DNA from: an uncultured bacterium
GTDB lineage: Bacteria; Planctomycetota; JAJSAM01; JAJVHW01
Length of the DNA stretch: 64,000 bases
Assembly (NCBI GenBank): GCA_937996235.1
Contig: CALKVK010000011.1
Coordinates: forward strand, 49,767-113,766
Direction of reading: 5' to 3'
The notes below the pieces were generated by a model, which was given only the letters and a program-made list of their open reading frames with translations, searched no databases and had not been told where the DNA came from. Within the stretch, counting starts at the first letter, position 1. The number at the start of each line of letters is the position of its first letter. The translations under genes were made by a program, and so were the position numbers. Shown piece after piece: positions 34,120 through 43,788 of the stretch.

Positions 34120-37100
34120 GTGCACGACGACGAGCCGGACCGCCTGTTCGCCCGCTTCCGCGACCACGGGGACGTGGCGGCGCTCGGCGCGCTGTTCGAC
34201 GCCGTCGCCCCGCAGCTCTTCCGCGTCGCGCTCGCCGTCGCGCACGACGCGGCGGAGGCCGAGGACCTCCTGCAGGAGACGTTCCTCGCCGCACTCGGCG
34301 CCGCCGCGACGCACGATCCCGCGCGCCCGGTCGTGCCGTGGCTCGTCGGCATCCTGCGCCACCGCGCCGCGCGCGCGCGGCGGCGCCGTCGCGCGACCAC
34401 CGACGCCTCGGACTCGCTGCAGGGCGGCGCCGCGTCGCCCGCCGACACGGCGTGGGAAGCAGAGCGCGCGGCGCGCGTGCACGCGGCGCTCGAGGCGCTC
34501 GACGAGCCGCAGCGGACGACGGCGCTCCTGCGCTGGCGCCACGGGCTCGAGCCGTCGGAGATCGCGGCGCTGCGGCGCGAACCCGCAACGGCCGTCCGGG
34601 CACGGCTGCACCGTGCCCTGCTGCACCTGCGGCGCGAGCTGCGCCACCTCGCGGGCGTGCTGCCGATCGTCGGCTCGGCCGCGCCGCGCGGACTCCAGTC
34701 GGTGCGGCGTGCGGTGCTCGATCAGGCGGGCGCGCGCGCCGCACGCGGCGTGTCCGCAGCGGCACTGGGAGGGGCGGCGGCGATGTCGATCACCAAGACC
34801 TGTCTCGTCGCGGGGGCGGCGCTCGCCGCCTGCGCGCTGCTCTGGTTCGCGGCGCCGGGACGCGACGCGGTCCCCAACCCCGCCCAGGACGTGGCGGCAG
34901 GCGAGAGTGCCGCGCGCGAGGCGTCGCGCGAACACGTCGCGCAGCAGGCTGCACCCGCGCCCGCACCGGCGCCGACCGTGGGGCCGAGCGTGCCGCCGGC
35001 GCCGGCGTCGCTCGGCCCGTGCGTCGTCGGGACCGTCCACGACGCCGGCGGGGCCGCGATCGCCGGAGCAGCCGTGCGAGCACGCCGCAGCCGCACGCCC
35101 AACGAGCCGCCACGGATCGACGCCGAGACCAGCGCGACCACCGACGCCGCGGGTGCGTTCCGCGTGCCGGTCGGCGACGCGAGGCAGACGTTCACGATCG
35201 TCGCGGACGACACGACGCACGGCGCCGACTGCGCGCTCGACGTGCGCGTCGGCGAGCCCGTCGCGCTCGTGCTGCGCGGCACGACGGCCGTTGCGGGGCG
35301 CGTCACCGACACGTCCGGCAGCGGAGTCGTCGGCGCCGAGATCCGCGCCGAGGTCACCGCCGGCACGGGCTGGAACGCAACGGGACTGCGGGTCACACGC
35401 CGCGGGACGAGCGGCGACGACGGACGGTTCCGCATCGACGGCCTGCCGGTCGGGGGCGCCGCCGCCTGGGTGGACCAAGGGGTGGCGCTCGTCGCGACGG
35501 CGCCGCGGCGCCCCGCCGCGTCGTCGCGCGTGCCGCTCTCGACGGCGGCCGGCGGGACCGTCACCGACGACATCGTGTTCACGAGCGGCGTGCGCATCGC
35601 CGGCGTCGTGCGCGCGGCCGAGGACGCGCGACCGCTGGCGGACGTCCTCGTCGCGTGCGGACCGGTGCTCGGTCCGAACGCGAGCAGCGACGGGCCGTGG
35701 CTCGCCGTCGCGACCACGCGCACCGACGCGCGGGGCGCCTACGCGTTCGACGGCGTCGGACGCGACGTGCTGTGCGTGCGCTGCTTCACGCCGGGGCGCG
35801 CCGCGGGCGGCGCGCGCGTGCGCCTGCCCGAGGACGGCGCCACGCTGACCGTCGACCTGACGCTCCACTCGTCGGGCAGCGTCGTCGGCCGCATCGTCGA
35901 CCACGAAGGGCGCGCGGTCGCCGGCGGGCACGCCGCGCTCCGCAACGACGACGCGTGGTACCCCGCACCGCTCGACGGCGCGCCGCCGGGACGCGTCGTC
36001 GCGGACGAGCACGGACGCTTCCGCATCGACGGCGTGCCGGCCGGCGACGCGGCGCCGCACGCGTTCGTGTACGCCGCACCGGCGGATTGGCGCTTCAGCC
36101 CCGGCGCGATGGCGCTGGCGCGCCTGCAGTCGGCCGCGGTCGAAGTCGCCGTCGCGCGCGTCGGCGTGACGCAGGTGCCCGACCTCGTCCTGCCCGCACC
36201 TCCGCCCCCCGACCGCCGCGCGCGCGTTCGCGTCCGCGACGAAGCGGGGGCGCCCGTCGAAGGTGCGGACGTCCGCGCGGGACCGTCGCAGGTCGCGCGG
36301 ACGGACGCCGACGGGCGTGCGGAGCTGGTCGTCGCCTTCGCGGGCGCGCCGGCCCTGCGCGCGCCGCGCATCGACGTCCACGCGCTCGTCTTCGCGCGAA
36401 CGGCGCGTGTGCTCCCCATGCAGGGCGCCGACGACGACGTGGAGATCATGCTGCGTCCGGGGCACACGCTCGAAGGCATGGTGGTCGATCACGCTGGTGT
36501 TCCCGTGCCCTTCGCCCCCGTCACGGCGACGACGAGCACCGACGGCGCGCAGGTCTGGTGCCACTGCACGACCGACGCGCGCGGACGCTTCGTCGCGCGC
36601 GATCTCGCCGCGGGACCGGCGGAGGTCTCCGCCTACCTCTCGCAGGGCACGTCGCGACCGAACCTCGTGGCGACAGCGCGCGAAGTCGAACCCGGTGCGT
36701 CCGACGTCGTGCTCGCGTTCCCGGCGCCGGAGGTGCTCTTCGGCGAACTCGAGTTCGCCGTTCGCGACGCCGGGACCGGCGCGGCGATCGTGTCCGCGAG
36801 CGTGTCGTTGCGCTCCGCCGCAGCCGAGGCACGGCAGGAGGCCGCCGCTCATCCCGGACGCATCCGGTGCGCGTTCGTCGAGGTGGGCACGTGGTTCTGC
36901 ACGATCGACGCGCCCGGCTACGTCGCCGAGCGCCTCGATCCGCTCGTGGTCGGTGTCGGCGCACCGACCCGCCGCGAGGTGCGGCTCGCGCGCGGCGCGA
37001 CGCTCGAAGGAACGGTGCGCGGTGTGCAACTGCCGCTGCCCGCCGGCGCGCGGATCGAGTTCGCCCCGGTCGACGCGTCGCTCGCGGCCGATCTCCTGGG

Positions 37101-37593
37101 CGGACGTCGCGACCGGAGTGTCGAGCTCCTCGAGGACGGCAGCTTCCGCGCGGCGGGACTCGCACGGGGGACCTATCGCGTCGCCGTCCGCACGCGACGC
37201 CCGGATCCGCACGCGACCACGCGCGGCCTCTTCGTCGCGCGCACGCCGCTCAGCGTCACGGGCGACGCGTCGCTGGAGGTCGACGTCGTCGCCGCGGGCT
37301 CACTGCAGGCCGTCTGCGCCGGCGCGCTGCCGCCGCTCGGCACCGAGCAGGGCGACGACGGTGCGCTGCTCGCGGAGCTCCCGCGCCTCGAGCGCACGGT
37401 GCTCGAGGTCGCCGCGGCCGACGGCACCGTGCTCGCGCGCTTCGCGGGAGCATGGGACGGCTACGCCGGCCCGCTCGAGAGCTGCACGCTCGCGGCCGGC
37501 GCCTACGTCGTCCGCCTGCGCCGCGCGGACGGCACGACGCAGGAGTGGCAGGCGACCGTGCGCCCCGACGAGCTCACGCGCGTCGGGGAGTGA
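34120..37593 (+). CDS. ECF sigma factor fused to a TM helix and a ~1000-aa CarbopepD_reg-like extracytoplasmic region (paralogue 2)
   Basis: In-frame GTG at 34120 (VHDDEPDRLFARF...). Sigma region 2 EDLLQETFLAAL, region 4 EPSEIAALRREPATAVRARLHRALLHLRREL, TM MSITKTCLVAGAALAACALLWFAA, then many GRVTDTSG.GVVGAEIRA-type repeats. Continuous ORF with good third-position bias. Confidence 0.65.
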   Translation: MHDDEPDRLFARFRDHGDVAALGALFDAVAPQLFRVALAVAHDAAEAEDLLQETFLAALGAAATHDPARPVVPWLVGILRHRAARARRRRRATTDASDSLQGGAASPADTAWEAERAARVHAALEALDEPQRTTALLRWRHGLEPSEIAALRREPATAVRARLHRALLHLRRELRHLAGVLPIVGSAAPRGLQSVRRAVLDQAGARAARGVSAAALGGAAAMSITKTCLVAGAALAACALLWFAAPGRDAVPNPAQDVAAGESAAREASREHVAQQAAPAPAPAPTVGPSVPPAPASLGPCVVGTVHDAGGAAIAGAAVRARRSRTPNEPPRIDAETSATTDAAGAFRVPVGDARQTFTIVADDTTHGADCALDVRVGEPVALVLRGTTAVAGRVTDTSGSGVVGAEIRAEVTAGTGWNATGLRVTRRGTSGDDGRFRIDGLPVGGAAAWVDQGVALVATAPRRPAASSRVPLSTAAGGTVTDDIVFTSGVRIAGVVRAAEDARPLADVLVACGPVLGPNASSDGPWLAVATTRTDARGAYAFDGVGRDVLCVRCFTPGRAAGGARVRLPEDGATLTVDLTLHSSGSVVGRIVDHEGRAVAGGHAALRNDDAWYPAPLDGAPPGRVVADEHGRFRIDGVPAGDAAPHAFVYAAPADWRFSPGAMALARLQSAAVEVAVARVGVTQVPDLVLPAPPPPDRRARVRVRDEAGAPVEGADVRAGPSQVARTDADGRAELVVAFAGAPALRAPRIDVHALVFARTARVLPMQGADDDVEIMLRPGHTLEGMVVDHAGVPVPFAPVTATTSTDGAQVWCHCTTDARGRFVARDLAAGPAEVSAYLSQGTSRPNLVATAREVEPGASDVVLAFPAPEVLFGELEFAVRDAGTGAAIVSASVSLRSAAAEARQEAAAHPGRIRCAFVEVGTWFCTIDAPGYVAERLDPLVVGVGAPTRREVRLARGATLEGTVRGVQLPLPAGARIEFAPVDASLAADLLGGRRDRSVELLEDGSFRAAGLARGTYRVAVRTRRPDPHATTRGLFVARTPLSVTGDASLEVDVVAAGSLQAVCAGALPPLGTEQGDDGALLAELPRLERTVLEVAAADGTVLARFAGAWDGYAGPLESCTLAAGAYVVRLRRADGTTQEWQATVRPDELTRVGE

Positions 37594-37626
37594 GGCGGAG
37601 TCGGACACGGCGCCGCCGCGGACGTG

Positions 37627-38205
37627 TCAGAGCGGGTCGGAGGCGATCGCCGCGCGGACGTCCTCCGAGACGACGACGGTGCGCGTGTAGGCGGGGTGGT
37701 CGATCTCGAGCCGGACCACGGTGCCGTCGGCAGCGAGCGCGGCGCGGGCCGCGGCGTCGAGGGTCCACTTGACGTAGTGCACGCTCGACACCTTGGTCGG
37801 CGAGAGACCGAGCGCGTCGAACTCGGCGGGGATGCGCTGCGGGCCGACGTGCAGGAAGACGTGGCGCTCGACGCCGACGAGGCGCTGCAGCATCACGCCG
37901 CGCTCGGCCGGTTCGGCCCACTCGAACATCAGCGTGGCGGAGAGCTTCCCGTCGCCGGGGACGAGCGGGTTGTACGCCTCGAGCTCGTCGGCGGCGGCGC
38001 CGGGGCGCGTCCAGCTGTTCTCGGCGCGCAGCATCTCGTGCACCTGGTAGAGCATCGTGTCGCGGCTCTCGAAGTGCACCGTGCAGTGGTCCCCCACCGC
38101 GACGCGGCGCCGCGACTTCTCGACCATGATCCGCCGGCGCACGGCGTCGCGCTGCGCCTCGTACGCGTCGCGGGTCAGGATCTCGGACTCGGTGATCGGC
38201 AGCAT
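37627..38205 (-). CDS. DUF3501-family protein
   Basis: 192 aa. Sits next to a CCG-domain FeS oxidoreductase and rubrerythrin, the usual genomic partners of DUF3501. Confidence 0.65.
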   Translation of the reverse strand: MLPITESEILTRDAYEAQRDAVRRRIMVEKSRRRVAVGDHCTVHFESRDTMLYQVHEMLRAENSWTRPGAAADELEAYNPLVPGDGKLSATLMFEWAEPAERGVMLQRLVGVERHVFLHVGPQRIPAEFDALGLSPTKVSSVHYVKWTLDAAARAALAADGTVVRLEIDHPAYTRTVVVSEDVRAAIASDPL

Positions 38206-38209
38206 CGGT

Positions 38210-39601
38210 TCACTCCTTGGCCGGTACGCGCTCCGGGAAGCCGTCCTCGCGGTAGGCGCGCGCCAGGACCTGCATGGGGTGCAGCGGCTTGACGCCGCAC
38301 GCCTGCTCGAACTGCAGCGCGGCGAGCGGACAGTCGGTGGACCACACGGCCGCGTCGTGCGACTTCATCTCGTCGAAGGCGCGCTGTCCGACCTTCAGCG
38401 AGAGCTCGAAGTACTCTTCCTTCATGGCCCACGTGCCGTCGTGACCGCAGCACTCCTGCACGAGGCGCGGCTGGGCGCCCGGGATGCGGCGGATCAGGTC
38501 GCGTCCGCGGAAGCCGACCTGCTGCTTCCGCAGGTGACACGGCGCGTGGTAGGCGACGGGTCCGCCCGGGGTGCTCTTGAAGTCCTCGCGGAAGTTGCCC
38601 TCGGCGCGCAGCCCGTACGCGTACTCGCACACGTCGCGCGTGGCCGCGGCCACCTTCTTCGCCGCTTCGGCGAGCTCCGGCCGCGCCGGGTCGTCGAGGA
38701 GCTCGGGATACTCCTCGCGCATCATCAGGCTGCACGTCGGGTTGACGGCTGCGACCTGGTAGCCCTTCTCGACCCAGGGCAGGAGCGCGCGCACGTTGCG
38801 CTCCGCCTGCTCGCGCGCGAAGGCGATGTCGCCGCCGTCGAGCGCGGGCATGCCGCAGCAGTTCGTCTTCGGGCACGCGACCTTGCAGTCGTTGTGCTCG
38901 AGCACCTCGACCGCGGCCTGCCCGATCTCGGGCTCGTTCCACTGCACGAAGCACGTGGAGAAGAGCACGACCCGGTGCGTCCCGCCCGCGATCTCGTCGC
39001 GCCCGCCGGCGTGCTCCGCGAACCACTCCGAGAACGTGCGCGTCGCGAAGCGCGGCAGCTTCTTGTCGGGGTGGATGCCGAGCACGGTGCGCATCAACGC
39101 GCGGTGCGGACGGAACTCGTTCGCGAAGTTGGCGAGGCCCGGCGTGAGCGTCGCCATCTTCCCGAGCCGGTCGGGGTTCGAGAGCACCTTCTCGCGCAGC
39201 GGCACGCCGCTCTTGCGGCGGCGCACGGCGTTCGCGCGCATGAGGAGGCGCGGGAAGTCGAGCCGGAACTCGTGCCCCTCCGCGTCCGTGTAGGGGCACG
39301 CCGTGTAGCACAGCTTGCACTGGAAGCACTCGTCGATGACGCGGTCGCGCGTCGCCTGCGGGAGCTTCCGCACGTCGCCGTGCTCGTCGCACGCGTCGAA
39401 CAGCGTGGGGAACGACGGGCAGTACTTGAAGCACATGCGGCAGCCGTTGCAGAGGTCGAAGGCGCGGTCGAGCTCCTTCTGCAGGGCCGCCTCGTCCCAG
39501 TACTTGGGCGAGTTCGGGTTGTAGGTCAGTCCGTCGGTCGGTGCGTAGCGGATGACGTCGCCGAGTCCGGACGCTCCGGACGCGGGCTCGGGCTGCGACA
39601 T
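38210..39601 (-). CDS. Heterodisulfide-reductase / GlcF-like (Fe-S)-binding oxidoreductase with CCG domains
   Basis: Two ferredoxin-type motifs ([24 protein letters not shown]) and Cys-rich CCG regions ([18 protein letters not shown]). Start at ATG complement 39599-39601. Confidence 0.75.
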   Translation of the reverse strand: MSQPEPASGASGLGDVIRYAPTDGLTYNPNSPKYWDEAALQKELDRAFDLCNGCRMCFKYCPSFPTLFDACDEHGDVRKLPQATRDRVIDECFQCKLCYTACPYTDAEGHEFRLDFPRLLMRANAVRRRKSGVPLREKVLSNPDRLGKMATLTPGLANFANEFRPHRALMRTVLGIHPDKKLPRFATRTFSEWFAEHAGGRDEIAGGTHRVVLFSTCFVQWNEPEIGQAAVEVLEHNDCKVACPKTNCCGMPALDGGDIAFAREQAERNVRALLPWVEKGYQVAAVNPTCSLMMREEYPELLDDPARPELAEAAKKVAAATRDVCEYAYGLRAEGNFREDFKSTPGGPVAYHAPCHLRKQQVGFRGRDLIRRIPGAQPRLVQECCGHDGTWAMKEEYFELSLKVGQRAFDEMKSHDAAVWSTDCPLAALQFEQACGVKPLHPMQVLARAYREDGFPERVPAKE

Positions 39602-39695
39602 GTGCGGCTCCCCTCCGTGCGCGCGCCGCACGGTGCGGCACACGCGCGGGACGGGCCGGGGCCCGCCCGCGCGGTGCTCGGACCTGCGAGCTCGA

Positions 39696-40112
39696 CTACA
39701 GCGTGTCGAGCGCCTTCTGGAACTTGCCGGCGTGCGAGCGCTCGGCCTTCGCGAGCGTCTCGAACCAGTCGGCGATCTCGCCGAAGCCCTCCTCGCGGGC
39801 GGTGCGCGCCATCGAGGGGTACATGTCGGTGTACTCGTGCGTCTCGCCCGCGACGGCGCTCGCGAGCATCTCGTCCACGCCGCCGATCGGCATGTCCGTG
39901 GCGGGGTCGCCCGCCTTGCGCATGTAGTCGAGGTGGCCGTGCGCGTGGCCCGTCTCGCCCTCGGCCGTGTCGCGGAAGAGACCGGCCACCTCGGGGAAGC
40001 CCTCGATGTCGGCCTGCTTGGCGAAGTACAGGTAGCGGCGGTTCGCCTGCGACTCGCCGGCGAACGCGGCCTTCAGGTTCTCGTGCGTCTTGCTGCCCTT
40101 CAGGTTGGCCAT
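39696..40112 (-). CDS. Rubrerythrin-family protein
   Basis: 138 aa. Di-iron ligand motifs E..H ([18 protein letters not shown]) in four-helix-bundle spacing. Start ATG at complement 40110-40112. Confidence 0.8.
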   Translation of the reverse strand: MANLKGSKTHENLKAAFAGESQANRRYLYFAKQADIEGFPEVAGLFRDTAEGETGHAHGHLDYMRKAGDPATDMPIGGVDEMLASAVAGETHEYTDMYPSMARTAREEGFGEIADWFETLAKAERSHAGKFQKALDTL

Positions 40113-40207
40113 CGTGTCCTCTCTCGTTGGGCCCGGCGCATGCCGGGCGGATCTCCGGTGGATGGATGCCCCGCGCGGCGCGCGCGCCGGGCGGCTCGCT
40201 CGCTCGT

Positions 40208-40639
40208 TCAGTCGGTCGCCGGCGCGGCGCACGCCGCGCAGACGACGTCGTACTCGACGCGGACGCCGCTGACGCGGTGGCCGCCGGGGAGCACGGGGCG
40301 CTCGGCGGGCCGTGGAAGGTAGCTGCAGTCGATGTCGAAGACTGCGCCGCACGTCACGCAGATCGCGTGGTCGTGCGCGTCCGGGATGCCGTCGACGCGC
40401 AGCCGCCCGTCGGGCGTGCGGACGCGCCGGCAGAGCCCCGCCCGCAGGAACGCCTCGAGGCCCAGATAGACCGTCGAGAGCGAGAGCGTCGGGTGGTCGC
40501 GGCGGAGCGCCTCGTGGAGCTCCTCGGCGGACGGGTGGGAGCGGTCCGCGAGCAGGGCCGCCAGCAGGGCGACGCGCGGCGCGGAGGCCTTCAGGCCCGC
40601 GTTGCGGAGCAGCTCGACGGGGTCGTGGACGACCGGCAC
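40208..40639 (-). CDS. Fur-family regulator (PerR-like)
   Basis: Fur-family wHTH, then HAICVTCG...VVCAAC (two CxxC pairs). Sits at the head of the rubrerythrin operon. Confidence 0.8.
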   Translation of the reverse strand: MPVVHDPVELLRNAGLKASAPRVALLAALLADRSHPSAEELHEALRRDHPTLSLSTVYLGLEAFLRAGLCRRVRTPDGRLRVDGIPDAHDHAICVTCGAVFDIDCSYLPRPAERPVLPGGHRVSGVRVEYDVVCAACAAPATD

Positions 40640-40667
40640 GCCGAGAACATACCCGAACTCGGAACGG

Positions 40668-41645
40668 TTACGAGTTCAAATCGTCTCCGATTCGCGCCGC
40701 CCCGCCGCCGGTGCGGACGAGCGCCGCGAGGAACGCGTCCGCGTCGCGGTGCGAGCGGTCGAACTCGAGCACCCGGTGCGTGAGGGCTCCGTACGCGGCG
40801 TTCGGGCGCTCGGACGCGACCGCACCGGCGAGCCGGGACGCCACCAGGTGCGCGTGCTCCGGGCGCGTGCGGGCGAGGACGACCGCCACGCAGCGCGGGC
40901 TGACGGAGAAGACGGCGTCCGTCGCCCGGAGCGCGCGACCGGCGACGAGCTCCACGTCGGCGGCGAGCTGCCCCTTCTGCCGGGCCGTGCGCTCGGAGAC
41001 CAGCGCGGCGACGCTGAGCGACGAGCCGTCGCGGCCGGCCAGGTTGATCTCCGTCCGGAGCGCGAGCGCGAGCTCCTTCAGCCCCCGGACCGGCGGGCGC
41101 GCCGGCGGGCTCGGCGGAGGCGCGCCGACCAGCGGCACGAGCGCCTGCGTGCGGAAGTGCTCCTCGAGGCGCCGCAGCAGGGACTCGACGTCGGGCACGC
41201 CCGGGTCCACGGGCACGACGTCGAGCTTGACCGGCCCGATCGAGTCCACGGGGTGGTGCAGAGCGCGGCGCTCGAGGCGGCGCACCGGGACCGATGCCGA
41301 CGAGCTCGAGGTGTGCGGCAGCACCGCCACGTAGCAGCCCTCGAAGCCGAAGGAGTACACGGCGTCCGAGGCGCGGACGCAGGGGGCGAAGTGCCGCACG
41401 ACGTGGCGGTCGAGGTCGGCGGCGGCGAGCCCCTCGCGCGACTGCCAGAGGAAGAAGTGCAGCGCGACGACGGCCACGGGCACGCCGTGGCGCGCCCCGC
41501 GCTCGTACTCGAGCCGCAGCCGCTCCCCGAGCGCCTCGGGCGAGCCGACCTCGCGCCAGAGCAGGTCCGGCACGAACGCGCGGAACACGCCGGGCCGGCC
41601 GGCGACCGGCGTGCCGGCGTTCGGGTAGTCGGGATGGGGAGCCAT
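40668..41645 (-). CDS. Protein with two tandem degenerate GGDEF-like domains
   Basis: ATG at complement 41643-41645 preceded by GGAGG. First half RHGVPVAVVALHFFL...RASDAVYSFGFEGCYVAVLP (GGDEF replaced by FGFEG). Second half repeats the pattern (RATDAVFSVSPRCVAVVLART). Confidence 0.4.
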   Translation of the reverse strand: MAPHPDYPNAGTPVAGRPGVFRAFVPDLLWREVGSPEALGERLRLEYERGARHGVPVAVVALHFFLWQSREGLAAADLDRHVVRHFAPCVRASDAVYSFGFEGCYVAVLPHTSSSSASVPVRRLERRALHHPVDSIGPVKLDVVPVDPGVPDVESLLRRLEEHFRTQALVPLVGAPPPSPPARPPVRGLKELALALRTEINLAGRDGSSLSVAALVSERTARQKGQLAADVELVAGRALRATDAVFSVSPRCVAVVLARTRPEHAHLVASRLAGAVASERPNAAYGALTHRVLEFDRSHRDADAFLAALVRTGGGAARIGDDLNS

Positions 41646-41769
41646 ACCGGGAGCCTCCGGGCGGGGAGCACCGCCCACCTCCGTCTTCGACACCCTGCGA
41701 GCGCGACGTGAGCCCCGCGTGCCGGGCACGCTTGCGCTCGCCGCGCACCCGTGGTCTCCTCGCGCCCCC

Positions 41770-43737
41770 ATGTGGGACGAGGTCACCGGGGAACTGATCC
41801 TGCGCGGCAAGACCGCGCTGCGCCTCGGGCTCTGGGTCCTGCTCGTCTCGACGCTCGCCTACTACCTGCTCGGGTGCGTCGTCGGCATGAACGCGCGCCA
41901 CGACAAGAGCCTGTTCCGGCTCTCGGACGACCGCTGGCAGCTCACGGAGTGCCTGTACGCGTCGGCCATCACGCTCTCGACGGTCGGCTACACGGACCTG
42001 CTCGGGACGGAGCGCTGCGTCACCTGGGTGGACGCGGAGGGCCGGCGGCGCTGGGACAGCGCCACGGACGCGCACGCGGACGAGGGCTACGACGCCGCGA
42101 CCGAGACGGTCGAGACGGACTGGAGCGTGCTGACGCGCTCCGTGACCGCGGTGCAGGTGATCGTCGGGATGGCGTTCTTCCTCTACGTGATCGCGCAGGT
42201 CACGTCGTTCTTCACGGAGGGCGGCCACGGCGAGGTCCTGTGGCGGCGGCGGACGGCCCGGCAGCTCCGACGCATGGAGGACCACGTGGTGGTGTGCGGC
42301 GCGGGGCAGGCGGCGCTCCGCGCGATCGAGCGGCTGCGCGACGCGGACATCGAGTGCGTGCTGGTCGAGTCCGACGCCGAGGCGGTGCGCCGCTTCCGCC
42401 GCGACGAGCCGACGCTGCCCTGCCTGCTCGGCGACGCCACCGAGGAAGAGACGCTCGTCGAGGCCCGCGTCGACTCGGCCCGCGCCCTCCTCGCGCTGCT
42501 CCCCGACGACAGCCTGAACCTCGTGTCGCTGGTCACGGCCAAGGCGCTCGCGCCGGGTCTGCGCATCGTCGCGCGCGGCATGGGCGAGAGCGCGCCCCAG
42601 CGACTCACGGCCGCCGGCGCGAACACCGTCATCGGCATCGAGGCGCTGGCCGGTCTGCGCGCGGCGAGCGAACTCGTGCGGCCGACCGTCGTCGAGTTCC
42701 TCGACCTCGTGCTGCGCCACGGCGGCGACGCGGACATCCACTTCGAGGGGTTCCGCGCGCGCGTTCCCGAGGGCGGCGTGACGCTCGCCGACCTGCAGCT
42801 CCGCGAGAGGGCGGGCATCGAGGCCGTCGCGATCCGCCGCAAGGACGAGCAGGCGTTCCACTACAACCCCCCGCGCGACGAGCCCGTCCACGACGGCGAC
42901 GAGGTCGCGGTGCTCGGGAGCTCGGACCAGATGGAGCGGGCGCGGCGCGCGCTCGAGGAGGGCCCGGTCCGCTCGCAGTCCTCGGGCGACGCGACCATCG
43001 CCATCGCGCTCCCGGTGGAGCCGACGATGGAGCCGGAGACGCTCGCGACGCGGCGCTCCGACCACTTCGTGATCTGCGGCGCGGGGCTCGTCGGGCGCGC
43101 GGTCGTCCGCGAGCTGCACGCGCTCGGCCGGCGCTTCGTCGTCGTGGACGAGCACCCGGAGCAGATCGAGGACGAGCTGCCCGAGGGCAGCGTGGTCGTC
43201 GGCGACTGCCGCGAGCCCTCCGTGCTGCAGCGCGCGGGCATCGCGAAGGCGCGCGGGCTCGTCAGCGCGCTTCCCGACGACCGCGACGCACTCGTGGTCG
43301 CCGTGACGGCGTTCCAGGCGCGGCCCGACCTGCGCGTCGTCGCCGTGGTGCGCGAGGAGCGCGCGCAGCGCCGCATCGTCCGCGCCGGGGCGCGCGTCGT
43401 CGCGCTCGACGCGATCGCGGGCCGCCGCGTCGCGGCCGACGTGCTGCGCCCGGACGCGACGACGTTCCTCGACCGCATGCGCTCGGCGCCCGGCGTGACG
43501 CGCTTCGAGAGCGTGCGCGTGACGGGCGAGACGGGCGCCGCGGGGCGCACGCTGGCCGAGCTGGCGGTGTTCGAGTCCACGGGCATCCGCGTGCTCGCGC
43601 TGCGGGCGCCCGGCGCGCGCGACTTCGTGCTCAACCCCTCCGGCAACGCGCGGATGGAGGTCGGCACGGTGCTGATCGGCGTCGGCTCGCCCGACGCGGT
43701 GTCGCGTCTCGCGGACCTCGTCGGCGAGCGCGAGTGA
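41770..43737 (+). CDS. Potassium-channel-family protein with two RCK (TrkA-N) domains and an atypical TVGYTD filter
   Basis: TM helices flank ITLSTVGYTDL (filter-like; canonical is TVGYGD). Two Rossmann-type RCK domains follow (VVVCGAGQAAL, FVICGAGLVGRA) plus TrkA-C-like segments. Confidence 0.75.
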   Translation: MWDEVTGELILRGKTALRLGLWVLLVSTLAYYLLGCVVGMNARHDKSLFRLSDDRWQLTECLYASAITLSTVGYTDLLGTERCVTWVDAEGRRRWDSATDAHADEGYDAATETVETDWSVLTRSVTAVQVIVGMAFFLYVIAQVTSFFTEGGHGEVLWRRRTARQLRRMEDHVVVCGAGQAALRAIERLRDADIECVLVESDAEAVRRFRRDEPTLPCLLGDATEEETLVEARVDSARALLALLPDDSLNLVSLVTAKALAPGLRIVARGMGESAPQRLTAAGANTVIGIEALAGLRAASELVRPTVVEFLDLVLRHGGDADIHFEGFRARVPEGGVTLADLQLRERAGIEAVAIRRKDEQAFHYNPPRDEPVHDGDEVAVLGSSDQMERARRALEEGPVRSQSSGDATIAIALPVEPTMEPETLATRRSDHFVICGAGLVGRAVVRELHALGRRFVVVDEHPEQIEDELPEGSVVVGDCREPSVLQRAGIAKARGLVSALPDDRDALVVAVTAFQARPDLRVVAVVREERAQRRIVRAGARVVALDAIAGRRVAADVLRPDATTFLDRMRSAPGVTRFESVRVTGETGAAGRTLAELAVFESTGIRVLALRAPGARDFVLNPSGNARMEVGTVLIGVGSPDAVSRLADLVGERE

Positions 43738-43788
43738 GTCGGCACGTTCCGGGAACGCGCGCCGCCGCGGCGACGTCCCGGACGTGAC

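Noticed and set aside
33959-35848. 629-aa plus-strand ORF starting at ATG 33959/34112 (MGACTTTSRT...)
   Set aside because: Wrong frame. The sigma-70 region 2/4 motifs and the beta-sandwich repeats are in the 33940 frame, entered from GTG 34120.
38057-40783. 908-aa plus-strand ORF across the rubrerythrin/FeS-oxidoreductase region
   Set aside because: Antisense to four well-supported minus-strand genes with clear Fe-S and di-iron motifs.
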